A stretch of DNA of 55,249 nucleotides, taken from NCBI GenBank assembly GCA_046081085.1, contig JBJTVF010000006.1:1-55249 (forward strand), in the 5' to 3' direction. The notes under the pieces were generated by a model that did not search any database, was not told where the DNA came from, and saw only the letters and a list, made by a program, of their open reading frames with translations. Made by a program: the position numbers and the translations under genes. How positions within the stretch are numbered: the stretch's first letter is position 1; every line of letters begins with the position of its first letter. This document shows, in pieces, positions 20,299-30,090 of this stretch. The DNA is from Candidatus Limnocylindrus sp. (GTDB taxonomy: Bacteria > Chloroflexota > Limnocylindria > Limnocylindrales > Limnocylindraceae).

Positions 20299-21830
20299 TA
20301 GGCGAGGAAGCTCTTCCTGAACGCGTCAACGGCGTCGTCGAGACCCTTTGCGGCGTTGTCGGTCAGCGCCTGCTCCTTGGCAAGTTCGGCGAGCACCTGC
20401 GGGCGCTCTCGGTCAAGGAAGGTGTAGAAGCCGCTCTCGAACTCGCTCACGCGCGGCGTGGGGATGTCATCCAACTTCCCCTTTGACGCGACGTAGAGGA
20501 TTGCGACCTGCTTCTCCACGGCAACGGGTGCGTACTGCGGCTGTCGTGTGATGGCGGAGAGCTTCTCGCCACGCGTCAACTGATCGCGCGTTGACTTGTC
20601 CAGGTCGCCTGAGAATTGCGCAAACGCCGCGAGTTCTCGGTACTGCGCAAGGTCGAGCTTCAGAGGTCCTGCGACCTTCTTCATTGCCTTTGTCTGCGCG
20701 GCAGAACCTACACGCGAGACAGAGATACCAACGTTCACCGCGGGTCGCTGACCTGCGTTGAAGAGGTCAGTCTCCAAGAAGATCTGGCCGTCTGTGATCG
20801 AGATGACGTTTGTTGGGATGTACGCAGATACGTCCCCCGCCTGCGTCTCGATGATTGGCAGTGCGGTGATGGAGCCGCCACCTAGATCATCGGAGAGTCG
20901 CGCCGCTCGCTCAAGGAGTCGGCTGTGCAGGTAGAAGACGTCGCCGGGATACGCTTCGCGTCCAGGTGGTCGGCGCAGCAACAGTGCCATCTCTCGATAC
21001 GCAACGGCGTGCTTTGAGAGGTCGTCGTAGACGCAGAGTGCGTCGCGCACCTCTTTGCCGTCAACAGTGACGCCCGCCTCCATGATCTCCTCTGCAATTG
21101 CACAGCCAGCGAATGGTGCAAGGTACTGCAGTGGGGCTGGGTCTTCAGCGCCCGCAACAACAACCACGGTGTGGCCCATTGCACCCTGCTTCTCCAACAT
21201 CGCAACAACGGTGCGCACGGTTGAGAGCTTTTGACCGATGGCGACATAGATGCAGATGAGGCCCTTCCCCTTCTGGTTGATGATCGTGTCGATTGCAACG
21301 GCGGTCTTCCCTGTCTGACGGTCACCGATGATCAACTCACGCTGACCACGACCGATTGGAATCAGTGCGTCTACCGCCTTGATGCCGGTCTGCACCGGCG
21401 TCGTCACCGACTTGCGGTTGATCACGCCTGGCGCAATGCGCTCGACGGGGCGACTCTTCTTTGCGTTGATTGGGCCCTTGCCGTCAAGCGGTCGACCGAG
21501 TGGGTCAACAACGCGGCCGATCAGTTCAGCACCAACTGGCACCTCAACGACTCGGCCGGTTGTCTTGACGGTGTCACCCTCTTTGATGCTCTTGGCGTCG
21601 CCAAGGAGCACGGCACCGACCGTCTCTTCGCCAAGGTTGAGTGCCATCCCTGCAACGCCATCAGGGAACTCAAGGAGTTCAGACGAGAGTGCGCCGGAGA
21701 GTCCGTAGACCTGCGCAATGCCGTCGCCAACCTCGACCACCGTGCCGACCGTGCGCGACTCGGCGCCACCGTCAAACCCTGCGATCTGCGACTTCAGAAT
21801 GCTGATGATCTCGTCTGACTTGATTGCCAT
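20298..21830 (-). CDS. atpA: F0F1 ATP synthase subunit alpha
   Basis: Walker A GDRQTGKT and typical alpha-subunit sequence throughout. Confidence 0.95.
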
Positions 21831-21866
21831 CTCTCTGCTCCTCGCTGCTCTACGCGCTGCGCCGGT

Positions 21867-22412
21867 TCAGCCGGCTGCCGAAAGGATTCGCTCGCGCATA
21901 CGCGCGAGTTTTCCTTTGACGCTTCCGTCAATAAGGAGGTCGCCCACGCGAAGCGTGACGCCACCAACAAGGCTTGGATCAATGTCGTAGGTGACGCGCA
22001 CGCTGCCACCAGCAATCTTGCTCGCCTGCGCCTCAATCTTGCTTCGCTCCTCTGCGCCGATCTCGGAAGGGGTGCTCACGCGTGCAGTGGAGATGCCGTT
22101 TTGTGCATCAAGAGCCTCGTGTGTTGCCTCGGCGATCGCAGGGAGCTTCCCGAGCTGCCGTCGCGAAGCAAGGGTAGACATCAGCGTGCGAAGTGAAGGG
22201 CTCACCTCACCGCCGGCCGCTGTCGTAAGCGCAGCGACGCGCGCGGCCGCTGGGGTGCGCGGATCGTCAAGGAGAGCCCGTGCACCAGGAGTGTTCACCA
22301 CCGCTGCCAGACGATCGAGTTCCGCCAGGAGGGCGTCTGCCGCCGTACCGCCACCCGCAAGCGCGAGAAGCGCCGATGCGTATCTACGAGCAGAGCCGAG
22401 GGGTCGATCCAC
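21867..22412 (-). CDS. atpH: F0F1 ATP synthase subunit delta
   Basis: Position between atpF and atpA. OSCP-like sequence (ARRYASALLALA...) with a GTG start. Confidence 0.85.
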   Translation of the reverse strand: MDRPLGSARRYASALLALAGGGTAADALLAELDRLAAVVNTPGARALLDDPRTPAAARVAALTTAAGGEVSPSLRTLMSTLASRRQLGKLPAIAEATHEALDAQNGISTARVSTPSEIGAEERSKIEAQASKIAGGSVRVTYDIDPSLVGGVTLRVGDLLIDGSVKGKLARMRERILSAAG

Positions 22413-22414
22413 GT

Positions 22415-22981
22415 TCAGTTCCCCTTCCCGCGCTGTTCATCCAAGAATTCACCCACGAGTGCACGCTGACGCTCGCCGTCCATGGATGCGCCAACCACCT
22501 TTGTTGCAGCACTGATTGCCAGCTCTGCAACTTCGCTGCGAATGGAGGCGAGTGCACTGATGCGCGCTGCCTCAATCTCTGCAGTTGCGTCTGCGCGCAT
22601 CCGCTCAAGTTCCACCTTGAGCGCTGCCGCCTGCTGTTCACGAATCTGTGCCGCCGCCTTCTCCGCGTTGGCGCGCATCTCGTTTGATTCGCGGCGTGCG
22701 TCTGCGAGAGATGCATCTGCCGCTTCAATCGCACGACCCTTTGCAAGCGCAGCGTCTGCTGCGTCACGAAGTCCGCGCTCGATGCGTTCGCGTCGCTCGT
22801 CCAGCATCTTGGTGATGGGACCAAGCGCCGCCGCGCGCAGCACAACAATGAAGAAGCCGAAGTTTGCAGCAGAGATCAGGATCCAGAAGAGATTGAAGCT
22901 CAACCCCGCACCCTCGGCCTCGCCAGCGGCGGCCTCGGCGAATGGGAAGGCTCCGAGCAAGCCCTGAATCAGCTCAATCAT
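22415..22981 (-). CDS. atpF: F0F1 ATP synthase subunit b
   Basis: One N-terminal TM followed by a long charged coiled coil. I prefer ATG 22981, which has GGAG 5 nt upstream, over GTG 23002. Confidence 0.85.
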   Translation of the reverse strand: MIELIQGLLGAFPFAEAAAGEAEGAGLSFNLFWILISAANFGFFIVVLRAAALGPITKMLDERRERIERGLRDAADAALAKGRAIEAADASLADARRESNEMRANAEKAAAQIREQQAAALKVELERMRADATAEIEAARISALASIRSEVAELAISAATKVVGASMDGERQRALVGEFLDEQRGKGN

Positions 22982-23011
22982 CTGCACTCCAACAACGTGC
23001 ACGCTTGTTGG

Positions 23012-23221
23012 TTAAAGGACGAGCGAAAGGATGCCGAGCACGATCGCAAGAACGCCGAGGCCTTCTGCGAACGCCGCGCCGATAATGAAGACGCCGCGGA
23101 CAGCGCCTGCCGCCTCAGGGTTTCGACCGATTGCAGTCGCCGCTGCCGCGGCAGCTAGTCCCACTCCAATTGCTGGCCCGATGACTCCTAGTGCTGCGAT
23201 ACCGCCTGGTAGATTGTCCAT
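23012..23221 (-). CDS. atpE: F0F1 ATP synthase subunit c
   Basis: 69-aa hairpin proteolipid with the conserved carboxylate in AFAEGLG. Confidence 0.9.
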   Translation of the reverse strand: MDNLPGGIAALGVIGPAIGVGLAAAAAATAIGRNPEAAGAVRGVFIIGAAFAEGLGVLAIVLGILSLVL

Positions 23222-23292
23222 CGTTTCGTACCTCCTGCTAATGACGCCGTTAGGCTTCTGCCGCCCGCGCGCCTTGCTGACCTCAGCTACGG

Positions 23293-24252
23293 CTAGTGTG
23301 CCGCAACTCGCGATTCTGCTCCCGCCGCGGAGCTCTCACCTGCCCCTGCAGGCTCGTGATGCTCATCGTGCCCCTCGTCGTGGTGCCCCTCCATGGCGAG
23401 CATGGTGAAGACCAGGACGAGCACGCTGAAGATGAGGCCTTGCATGAGCCCAACGAAGAGCTCAAGGCCGTAGAGCGCAAGCGGGATGAACGCAAGGGTG
23501 ATGGTGGTCATCACCGCAAGTGCGAGTTCGCCGCCGTAGATGTTGCCGAAGAGTCGCATCGCGAGCGTCACTGGCTTGACGATCTCCAAGAAGAACTCGA
23601 GGACGCCGACGAAGAGCCCGATCGGTCCACCCTTCAGCGTGAAGAACTTGCCGAGATAGCCGCCGAATCCGAGCGCACGAAAGCCCTGATAGTGGAAGTA
23701 GACAAATGCAACCAGCGCAAGCCCAACCGTGACGTTGATATCACTCGTTGGCGCGCGGAACTCGTGCACTCGTCCAACACCAGGGATCAGCCCAGACCAG
23801 TTTGATACAGTAATGAATAAGAAGCAGGCAAGGAAAAAAGTGATGAATCGTTTTGCGCCAGGGCCGCCGATTCCCATTGCGAAGTTCGTCAACCCTTCAA
23901 TGGCGAATTCGATCGCGTTCTGTATGCCGCTGGGCACCTCTTTGAGTCGGCGTGCAAGCAGTGTGAACGACAGGATGATCACCGCCATCACGATCCAGCT
24001 CATGATGATCGAGCCGGTGATGCTCGGATAGAAGTCAAAGAGAGAGGCGGCGTGAGTCGTATCGCCTCCAAGGTCAATGACGATGTGAGGCACAATTGGT
24101 TCAAGAGCGCGCTTGATCACGTCGCCCGGGAAGCCGTTGAGGCCCACGCCGCCAAGGGTTGCAATGGCAAACACGTCGAGGGCGAGGACACCAAGCGCTG
24201 CGAGAAGCAGGGTGCGCCGTGTTGTGGACTTGCGGGGAGCCGCAACGCTCAC
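23293..24252 (-). CDS. atpB: F0F1 ATP synthase subunit a, with a His/acidic C-terminal tail
   Basis: Conserved a-subunit helix LAMRLFGNIYGGE. The GTG start overlaps the atpZ stop (GTGA). C-terminal tail is MEGHHDEGHDEHHEPAG.... Confidence 0.9.
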   Translation of the reverse strand: MSVAAPRKSTTRRTLLLAALGVLALDVFAIATLGGVGLNGFPGDVIKRALEPIVPHIVIDLGGDTTHAASLFDFYPSITGSIIMSWIVMAVIILSFTLLARRLKEVPSGIQNAIEFAIEGLTNFAMGIGGPGAKRFITFFLACFLFITVSNWSGLIPGVGRVHEFRAPTSDINVTVGLALVAFVYFHYQGFRALGFGGYLGKFFTLKGGPIGLFVGVLEFFLEIVKPVTLAMRLFGNIYGGELALAVMTTITLAFIPLALYGLELFVGLMQGLIFSVLVLVFTMLAMEGHHDEGHDEHHEPAGAGESSAAGAESRVAAH

Positions 24253-24632
24253 TTCTCGCTCCTTCCAGACTTCTCGTTGACTCGTGCCTCAAGTGCGCGC
24301 TCTCGTCGCCGGCGTTCGCCCTCGTCGATCATGTTCAGCGCTCGGCGTACGGTGCGTGCCGCTCCGATCGAGCCGACCGCGAAACCCCCGAGGAATCCGA
24401 CCACCAAGAGGATCGGTCCACTCCCAAGGAGTCCATCCAGCCAGTTTCCGAGGAGCGCCCCGCCGAGATTCGCCACGAGGAGCATTGCGCCGATCTGCGA
24501 GAAGAGCACGAGGTAGGCGCTCTTCCCTACGAAGGCGGCCTCCGCGGGCGGCTCGATGGGGGTCCGCGGCGATTCTAGCCGAGGGGTCTGACTCTCGCGC
24601 TGATCTCTGGGGGCACGCTCGGGGAGGCTCAT
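24249..24632 (-). CDS. AtpZ/AtpI-like small membrane protein preceding the atp operon
   Basis: Two TM helices (VLFSQIGAMLLVANLGGALLG, ILLVVGFLGGFAVG). It sits immediately upstream of atpB with ATGA/GTGA overlaps on both sides. Confidence 0.6.
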   Translation of the reverse strand: MSLPERAPRDQRESQTPRLESPRTPIEPPAEAAFVGKSAYLVLFSQIGAMLLVANLGGALLGNWLDGLLGSGPILLVVGFLGGFAVGSIGAARTVRRALNMIDEGERRRRERALEARVNEKSGRSEK

Positions 24633-25669
24633 TCAGGCGTCCGTTCGGTTGCACGGGAGAGATAGGCGATCGCAGCACCGAGCACCACAAGGAGGCCCAT
24701 GAAGGCGTACAGCGTGGCGCTTCCAGTCAGCAAGAGCGCAAGGATGGAGAGCGCCAGGGTGAGCGCGTAGAGGACGAGAACGGAGCCGCGGTGCGAGAGG
24801 CCATAGGAGAGGAGGCGGCGATGAATGTGGCTCTCATCCGGCGTGTACGGGGATCGTCCGGCGGCGATCCGCCCAACGATGACAAAGAGTGCATCAATGA
24901 TGGGCACGCCGAGAATGAGAAGTGCCGCAGCCACCTTGGCGGTGCCGAGGAGGGCGAGGACGGCGAGCGCGTACGCCACCGCGAGAATGCCGCTCGTCCC
25001 CATATAGATGGATGCTGGGTAGAAGTTGAAGCGTAAGAATCCGGCGAGTGCGCCAGCGAGCGTGAAGCTCAGCGCGGCGAGCAGCGGGCTGGTTGGAAGG
25101 GCGATGATGCCGAGCGTGACGGCGGCGGCGAGCGAGATGCCGCCCGAGAGTCCATCCAAGCCGTCGATGAAGTTCATGCTGTTCTGCATGCCGAGCGTCC
25201 AGAAGATGGTGACGCCGAGGGCGATTGCGTCAGGGAAGAGCAGATCACCCGCGCCAAATGGATTGGAGATGAAGGCGATGCGGAGTCCAAAAGCGATCGG
25301 AATCAGCGCAATGAGAAACTGCCCGAGGATCTGCCAACGTGCGCGCAGATCATAACGATCATCAATCAGTCCAACGATGCCCGCGAACAGCGTGCCGAGC
25401 AGAAGTGCAGCGGCCCCCGAACTTGTAAGTTGTGCCGCGCCACTACCGGCGCTCAGCCCGAGCGGTGCTGAGAACAGAACGAGAAGCGCGCCAATGAGCG
25501 CAAACGTCACTGCAACCGCAAGGCCGCCGGCGCGCGGTACCGGCTTGGAATTGATCCTCCGCTCACTCGGATGATCTGCAATGTTGAACTTCCGTGCGAT
25601 CGCGCGCATCGCGAGAGTTCCAATTCCAGCTGTCAACGCAGCGACAATTGCTGCGGCAGCGAAGATCAT
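24629..25669 (-). CDS. wecA: MraY/WecA-family polyprenyl-phosphate N-acetylhexosamine-1-phosphate transferase
   Basis: RKFNIADHPSERRINSKPVPRAGG, IGLIDDRYDL, NSMNFIDGLDGL. It occupies the rfe/wecA position upstream of atp, as in actinobacteria. Confidence 0.85.
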   Translation of the reverse strand: MIFAAAAIVAALTAGIGTLAMRAIARKFNIADHPSERRINSKPVPRAGGLAVAVTFALIGALLVLFSAPLGLSAGSGAAQLTSSGAAALLLGTLFAGIVGLIDDRYDLRARWQILGQFLIALIPIAFGLRIAFISNPFGAGDLLFPDAIALGVTIFWTLGMQNSMNFIDGLDGLSGGISLAAAVTLGIIALPTSPLLAALSFTLAGALAGFLRFNFYPASIYMGTSGILAVAYALAVLALLGTAKVAAALLILGVPIIDALFVIVGRIAAGRSPYTPDESHIHRRLLSYGLSHRGSVLVLYALTLALSILALLLTGSATLYAFMGLLVVLGAAIAYLSRATERTPE

Positions 25670-27015
25670 GTTGTGCTGCGTGAAGATTGCGCGTCGCCTG
25701 CTTCAGCAAGCGCCGACGCGTCGGCACCGGGGACAGGGAAGGCACGCGCCATCTTGGTCACCTCGGCCTCGATGCGTGCAAGTGCCGCAGTATCCTCGCG
25801 GCGCGCAATCGCCTCTGCGGACCAGACGGCAATCTGCTCCATTTCGGCGGGGCCCATGCCGCGCGTGGTTGCTGCGGGCGTGCCGTAGCGGACACCGCTC
25901 GTCACCATCGGCGAACGCGTCTCGCCCGGAATACTGTTCTTGTTGATCGTGATCCCCGCCGTCTCGAGCGCGGTGGTCGCCTCTTTCCCAGTGACACCGA
26001 GCGGTGTGACATCGCAGAGGATGAGGTGGTTGTCGGTTCCACCGGTCACCACGCCGAACCCGTTCGACGCAAGTGCGGCAGCGAGCACCTGTGCATTCTC
26101 AAGCGTGCGCTTCATGTAGCTTCGGAATTCTGGTTCGAGTGCGAGGGAGAAGGCGACCGCCTTTGCACCGATGACATGCATCAATGGGCCGCCCTGGCTC
26201 CCTGGGAAAACACTCCTATCAATCGCAGCGCCGTCGGCCGCTCGCGCGAAGGCGATACCACCGCGCGGGCCACGCAGCGTCTTGTGCGTCGTACTCGTGA
26301 CAATGTCTGCGTGCGGGAAAGGTGATGGGTGTAACCCCGCCGCAATCACACCTGAGATGTGTGCCATGTCCACCATCAGTTTCGCCTCTGCAGCGTGAGC
26401 GATCTCTGCGAATCGTTTGAAGTCGAGGGTGCGTGGGTATGCGGAGGCGCCAGCGATCACCACCTTCGGCTTCGCCTCGGCAACGGCGCGCTCGACTCCC
26501 TCCCAGTCGATGAGCCCGTCGTCTTCACGGACGCCGTAGAAGTGCGGCGTGAACCACTTCCCTGAGACGTTGACGGGGGCGCCGTGCGACAGGTGGCCGC
26601 CCTGGGAGAGGCTCATGGCAACAAACGGATCGCCGGGCTTCATCAACGTATCGAAGGCGGCGATGTTCGCCGAAGCGCCAGAGTGCGGCTGCACGTTCAC
26701 ATGCTCGCTGCCAGGGAAGAGTTGCAGCGCGCGCGTGCGAGCGAGATCCTCCACGGAATCGATGTGCTCACAGCCAGCGTAGTAGCGCTTTCCTGGATAT
26801 CCCTCGGCGTACTTGTTGGTGAGGATCGTTCCTTGCGCCTCACGAACTGCTGCGTACGCGTAGTTCTCGGAGGCGATGAGCTCAATATGGTCGCGCTGGC
26901 GCACCGCTTCGCGTTGGAGGATCGCGTTCAGCGCCGGGTCAACCTCGCGCAGGGACTGGTCCGCTCGCGGATCGCGCTGCGCCTGGATCTCCTCTGGTGT
27001 GCGCCGAGAACCCAT
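25666..27015 (-). CDS. glyA: serine hydroxymethyltransferase
   Basis: ELIASENY, the PLP-lysine motif TSTTHKTLRGPRGG, and RYYAGCE. Confidence 0.95.
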   Translation of the reverse strand: MGSRRTPEEIQAQRDPRADQSLREVDPALNAILQREAVRQRDHIELIASENYAYAAVREAQGTILTNKYAEGYPGKRYYAGCEHIDSVEDLARTRALQLFPGSEHVNVQPHSGASANIAAFDTLMKPGDPFVAMSLSQGGHLSHGAPVNVSGKWFTPHFYGVREDDGLIDWEGVERAVAEAKPKVVIAGASAYPRTLDFKRFAEIAHAAEAKLMVDMAHISGVIAAGLHPSPFPHADIVTSTTHKTLRGPRGGIAFARAADGAAIDRSVFPGSQGGPLMHVIGAKAVAFSLALEPEFRSYMKRTLENAQVLAAALASNGFGVVTGGTDNHLILCDVTPLGVTGKEATTALETAGITINKNSIPGETRSPMVTSGVRYGTPAATTRGMGPAEMEQIAVWSAEAIARREDTAALARIEAEVTKMARAFPVPGADASALAEAGDAQSSRSTT

Positions 27016-27019
27016 ACCC

Positions 27020-27877
27020 CTATTCTCCGTCCAAACCGAGAATCAGGCGCTCGATCATTCGCGCCGCGCCGTCCTCTTCACTGCGTGGGGCGAGATAGCG
27101 GGCGGCACGCTGCACAGGTTCGGGTGCGCCGTGCATGGCCACGCCGTGACCTGCGGCGAGAAGCATCTCGAGATCATTGTGCTGATCGCCAATGGCCATG
27201 GTCTGGGCCAACGGAATGTTGAGTCGCGCCGCGAGCCACTTGAGCGCAGCACCCTTGTTCACGCCTGGCGCGGTGAACTCAAGGTATTCCGGGTGGCTGA
27301 TGGTGATATCAAGATCGCCGCCGAACGTTTCGCGTGCCTGTTCCAACACTGTCTCTGGGTGACCCGCGGGCGCGTGCGCAACGATTTTGGAGATCTCCTT
27401 CGGTTCTTGCCGTAGGTGCTGCGCAAGATCGGTAATGGAGTGGAGGCGCTCAACCGCATTTCCAGCGAGCCACCCTTGATACGTTTCGTAGTGCGGGTCA
27501 GTTGCATCGAAGGCGTAATCATCTTGGATGACCGCGTGTCCCCAGAGGTCGTTCTCTCGGCACCACTCAACGGCACGTGCCGCAAGTGTTGACGCGAATG
27601 GCACATGCCGAAGCAGCGCGCCGCTCCCAGTCTTACCAGGTGCTGGCAGCTCGCGCGCGATCGCCCCTTGCATGCCAATCAACGGCCCGTCTACGCCCGC
27701 GGTGCGTGCGTATTCAATGAAGCTTGGGATGTTGCGACCGGAGGAGATCGTGGTGATCACGCCTCGCGCGCGTGCCGCACGGATTGCGGCAGCGGTACGT
27801 TCGGAGATCGCGCCGCCGTGGGGGAGCAGCGTGCCATCGAGGTCCATGACCAGCAACTTGATCGGTGAATCACTCAT
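27020..27877 (-). CDS. Cof-type HAD-IIB family hydrolase
   Basis: LLVMDLDGTLL, TISSGR and IGDQHNDLEML motifs. Confidence 0.85.
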   Translation of the reverse strand: MSDSPIKLLVMDLDGTLLPHGGAISERTAAAIRAARARGVITTISSGRNIPSFIEYARTAGVDGPLIGMQGAIARELPAPGKTGSGALLRHVPFASTLAARAVEWCRENDLWGHAVIQDDYAFDATDPHYETYQGWLAGNAVERLHSITDLAQHLRQEPKEISKIVAHAPAGHPETVLEQARETFGGDLDITISHPEYLEFTAPGVNKGAALKWLAARLNIPLAQTMAIGDQHNDLEMLLAAGHGVAMHGAPEPVQRAARYLAPRSEEDGAARMIERLILGLDGE

Positions 27878-27886
27878 CTGTTCAAC

Positions 27887-29008
27887 CTAGCCGCTACGGC
27901 GAATATCCGCGACGCGAGCGCGTCCCGATAGATCTCCGCGGATGCTGCAGCGCCAGCCAAGGCCGAGGCCGGCGACGAGTGCGCTCACTGCGTCGGCTTG
28001 ACCATCGCCGAACTCGAGTGTCGCCGCGCCACCTGGACGAAGCAGACGTGGAAGTTCGGCGATCAGGCGGCGGATGCACTCAAGGCCGTCGCTCCCACCG
28101 TCGAGCGCCATGCGCGGCTCAGCGGCGATCGACACTTCGGCGAGGCTCGGTGGAGCGACGGACTCGTCACGCTCTCCTGCGCGCTGGAAGCGCGCGGCGT
28201 CTCGTGCCGAATCGACTTCAGCCGTCGGCACATACGGAAGGTTGGCGACAAGGAGATCAAGGTGCGGTGGATCCCCTGGGGCACGGCCCGCAAGGAGTGG
28301 TTCCGCGAGATCGCCGTGGAGGAAGGTCACTCGTGACGCAACTCCGGAACGGAGCGCGTTCGCTCGGGCAACTGCAAGCGCATCTCCCGAAAGGTCGGTG
28401 GCGGTGAAGCGAAGCGGCACGGGAGATTCGGTCACGAGTGCGAGTGCGATCGCTCCGCTCCCCGTGCCGATCTCTGCAGCGTTCAGTGGTTGAGGTGCGC
28501 GTCCCAACGCCCGCGCGGCGGCAGCGCGGTCGGTCAAAAAGGCGAGCGCCGTCTCAACAAGGAGTTCGCTCTCTGGGCGCGGGTCCAACACATCTGGTGT
28601 GACAAGTAGCTCAAGGGCACGGAAGCCGCGCGTGCCAGTGAGATGACTCACTGGTCTCCCTTTCGCGCGCTCACCCACGAGCGCCGCGAGTGCGTCGGAC
28701 GCATCACCTGCGGATAGTGCGGCACGCGCGGCGCGTAGCGCTTCCGCGAGTTCTGGGTGGCGCTCGCTGAGTGGCTCTGGCTCTGGGAGGAGCGCGCTGC
28801 TCGGCAGCGGGAGTGGAAACCCGGCAGCGACAGCGGTGCGTAGCGTCGCAACACGCGTCCCGAGCAGTGCGGCGAGGAGAAGTTCTGCATCAAGGCGTGG
28901 ACTCGGACTCCCTGCAACTTCCAGTGCGTCCGTGGCAGTGCGTAGTAGCGCTGGGCCATCCGCTTCGCTTTGGATGAGCCGATCGTTTCGGATGTTTCGG
29001 TCGTTCAC
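27887..29008 (-). CDS. prmC: release-factor glutamine N5-methyltransferase (PrmC/HemK), long form with NLPY in place of NPPY
   Basis: The GTG start overlaps the prfA stop (GTGA). SAM motif EIGTGSGAIAL. Motif IV reads LLVANLPYV (28232..28243). EPRMALDGGSDGLE is present. Confidence 0.85.
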   Translation of the reverse strand: MNDRNIRNDRLIQSEADGPALLRTATDALEVAGSPSPRLDAELLLAALLGTRVATLRTAVAAGFPLPLPSSALLPEPEPLSERHPELAEALRAARAALSAGDASDALAALVGERAKGRPVSHLTGTRGFRALELLVTPDVLDPRPESELLVETALAFLTDRAAAARALGRAPQPLNAAEIGTGSGAIALALVTESPVPLRFTATDLSGDALAVARANALRSGVASRVTFLHGDLAEPLLAGRAPGDPPHLDLLVANLPYVPTAEVDSARDAARFQRAGERDESVAPPSLAEVSIAAEPRMALDGGSDGLECIRRLIAELPRLLRPGGAATLEFGDGQADAVSALVAGLGLGWRCSIRGDLSGRARVADIRRSG

Positions 29009-30090
29009 TCGTCCGCCAGACGCTCCGCCTGCTCGGCGGCGGCAAGTGCATCATGAAAGACGGAGAGGTCGCCGCTCAACACGCCATCAACATCGAACTT
29101 GTCGAGTCCGATGCGATGATCGGTAACGCGATTCTGCGGACCGTTGTAGGTGCGAATCTTTTCGCTTCGATCACCGCTTCCAATGAGCGCTTTTCGTGCA
29201 ACAGAGTTTGCGCTGCGTTTGCGCTCCTCCTCTGCGGCGAGGAGTCTGCTGCGCAAGATTGCGAGCCCTTTCTCTTTGTTGCGCAACTGGCTGCGCTCAT
29301 CTTGCATTTCAACCACCGTGCCGCTCGGGATGTGTGTGATTCTCACCGCAGAGTCTGTGGTGTTCACCCCTTGGCCGCCGTGGCCGGAGGCGCGCTTCAC
29401 GTCGATGCGAATGTCACCCTCTGGAATGACGAAGTCGACCGCCTCTGCAACTGGAAGCACGACCACTGTTGCAGTGCTTGTGTGGATGCGCCCAGAAGAC
29501 TCCGTTGCAGGGACGCGCTGGATCCGATGCACGCCCGCCTCCCATTTGAATGACGCCCATGCGCCAGGACCGCTCACCTCGGCCATCGCCTCGCGAACAC
29601 CGCCGAGTGCGGTCTCCCTCAACGCGTCCACTTCGACCTTCCAACCACGTCGCTCGGCGTACCGTAGATAGGCACGGAAGAGTTCCCCCGCGAAGATCCC
29701 CGCCTCGTCGCCGCCCGCGCCAGGTCGAACCTCAATGAGTACATCCTTCCCGTCGTTCGGATCTGGATCAAGGAGGAGTGCGGGGAGTCGCTCAATGATG
29801 TCGCGCTCTATCTCCTCCGCAGCGGATCGCTCGGCGGCGGCAAGTGCGCGCATCTCCGCATCCGCGCCAGGGTCGAGCTCCATCGCCTTCGCCTCCGCCT
29901 GACGTTCGCGAGCATCTGTGAGGGCTGCCGCGGTTTCCGCAAGTGGTGCGGTGCGCGAGAGTTCGCGACCGATTCGTGCAAGTGCCGTGTGGTCTGCGAG
30001 CACCTCTGGCTGCGTGAGTTGCTCCTCCAACTCCGCGCGGGTGCGCAACGCGATCGCGAGTCGCGCCTCAAGTTGTGCGAGGTCAGCCAT
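29005..30090 (-). CDS. prfA: peptide chain release factor 1
   Basis: SGHGGQGVNTTDSAVRITHIPSG (GGQ) and the RF1 PAT-type tripeptide region RVPATES. Confidence 0.95.
   Translation of the reverse strand: MADLAQLEARLAIALRTRAELEEQLTQPEVLADHTALARIGRELSRTAPLAETAAALTDARERQAEAKAMELDPGADAEMRALAAAERSAAEEIERDIIERLPALLLDPDPNDGKDVLIEVRPGAGGDEAGIFAGELFRAYLRYAERRGWKVEVDALRETALGGVREAMAEVSGPGAWASFKWEAGVHRIQRVPATESSGRIHTSTATVVVLPVAEAVDFVIPEGDIRIDVKRASGHGGQGVNTTDSAVRITHIPSGTVVEMQDERSQLRNKEKGLAILRSRLLAAEEERKRSANSVARKALIGSGDRSEKIRTYNGPQNRVTDHRIGLDKFDVDGVLSGDLSVFHDALAAAEQAERLADE

Noticed and set aside
24284-25036. A 250-aa plus-strand ORF across atpZ/wecA, plus similar plus-strand ORFs across the atp genes (for example 23296..23805 and 21231..21818).
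   Set aside because: They have extreme Arg/Glu/Gly composition and no recognisable domain. They are fully antisense to the conserved atp/wecA genes.
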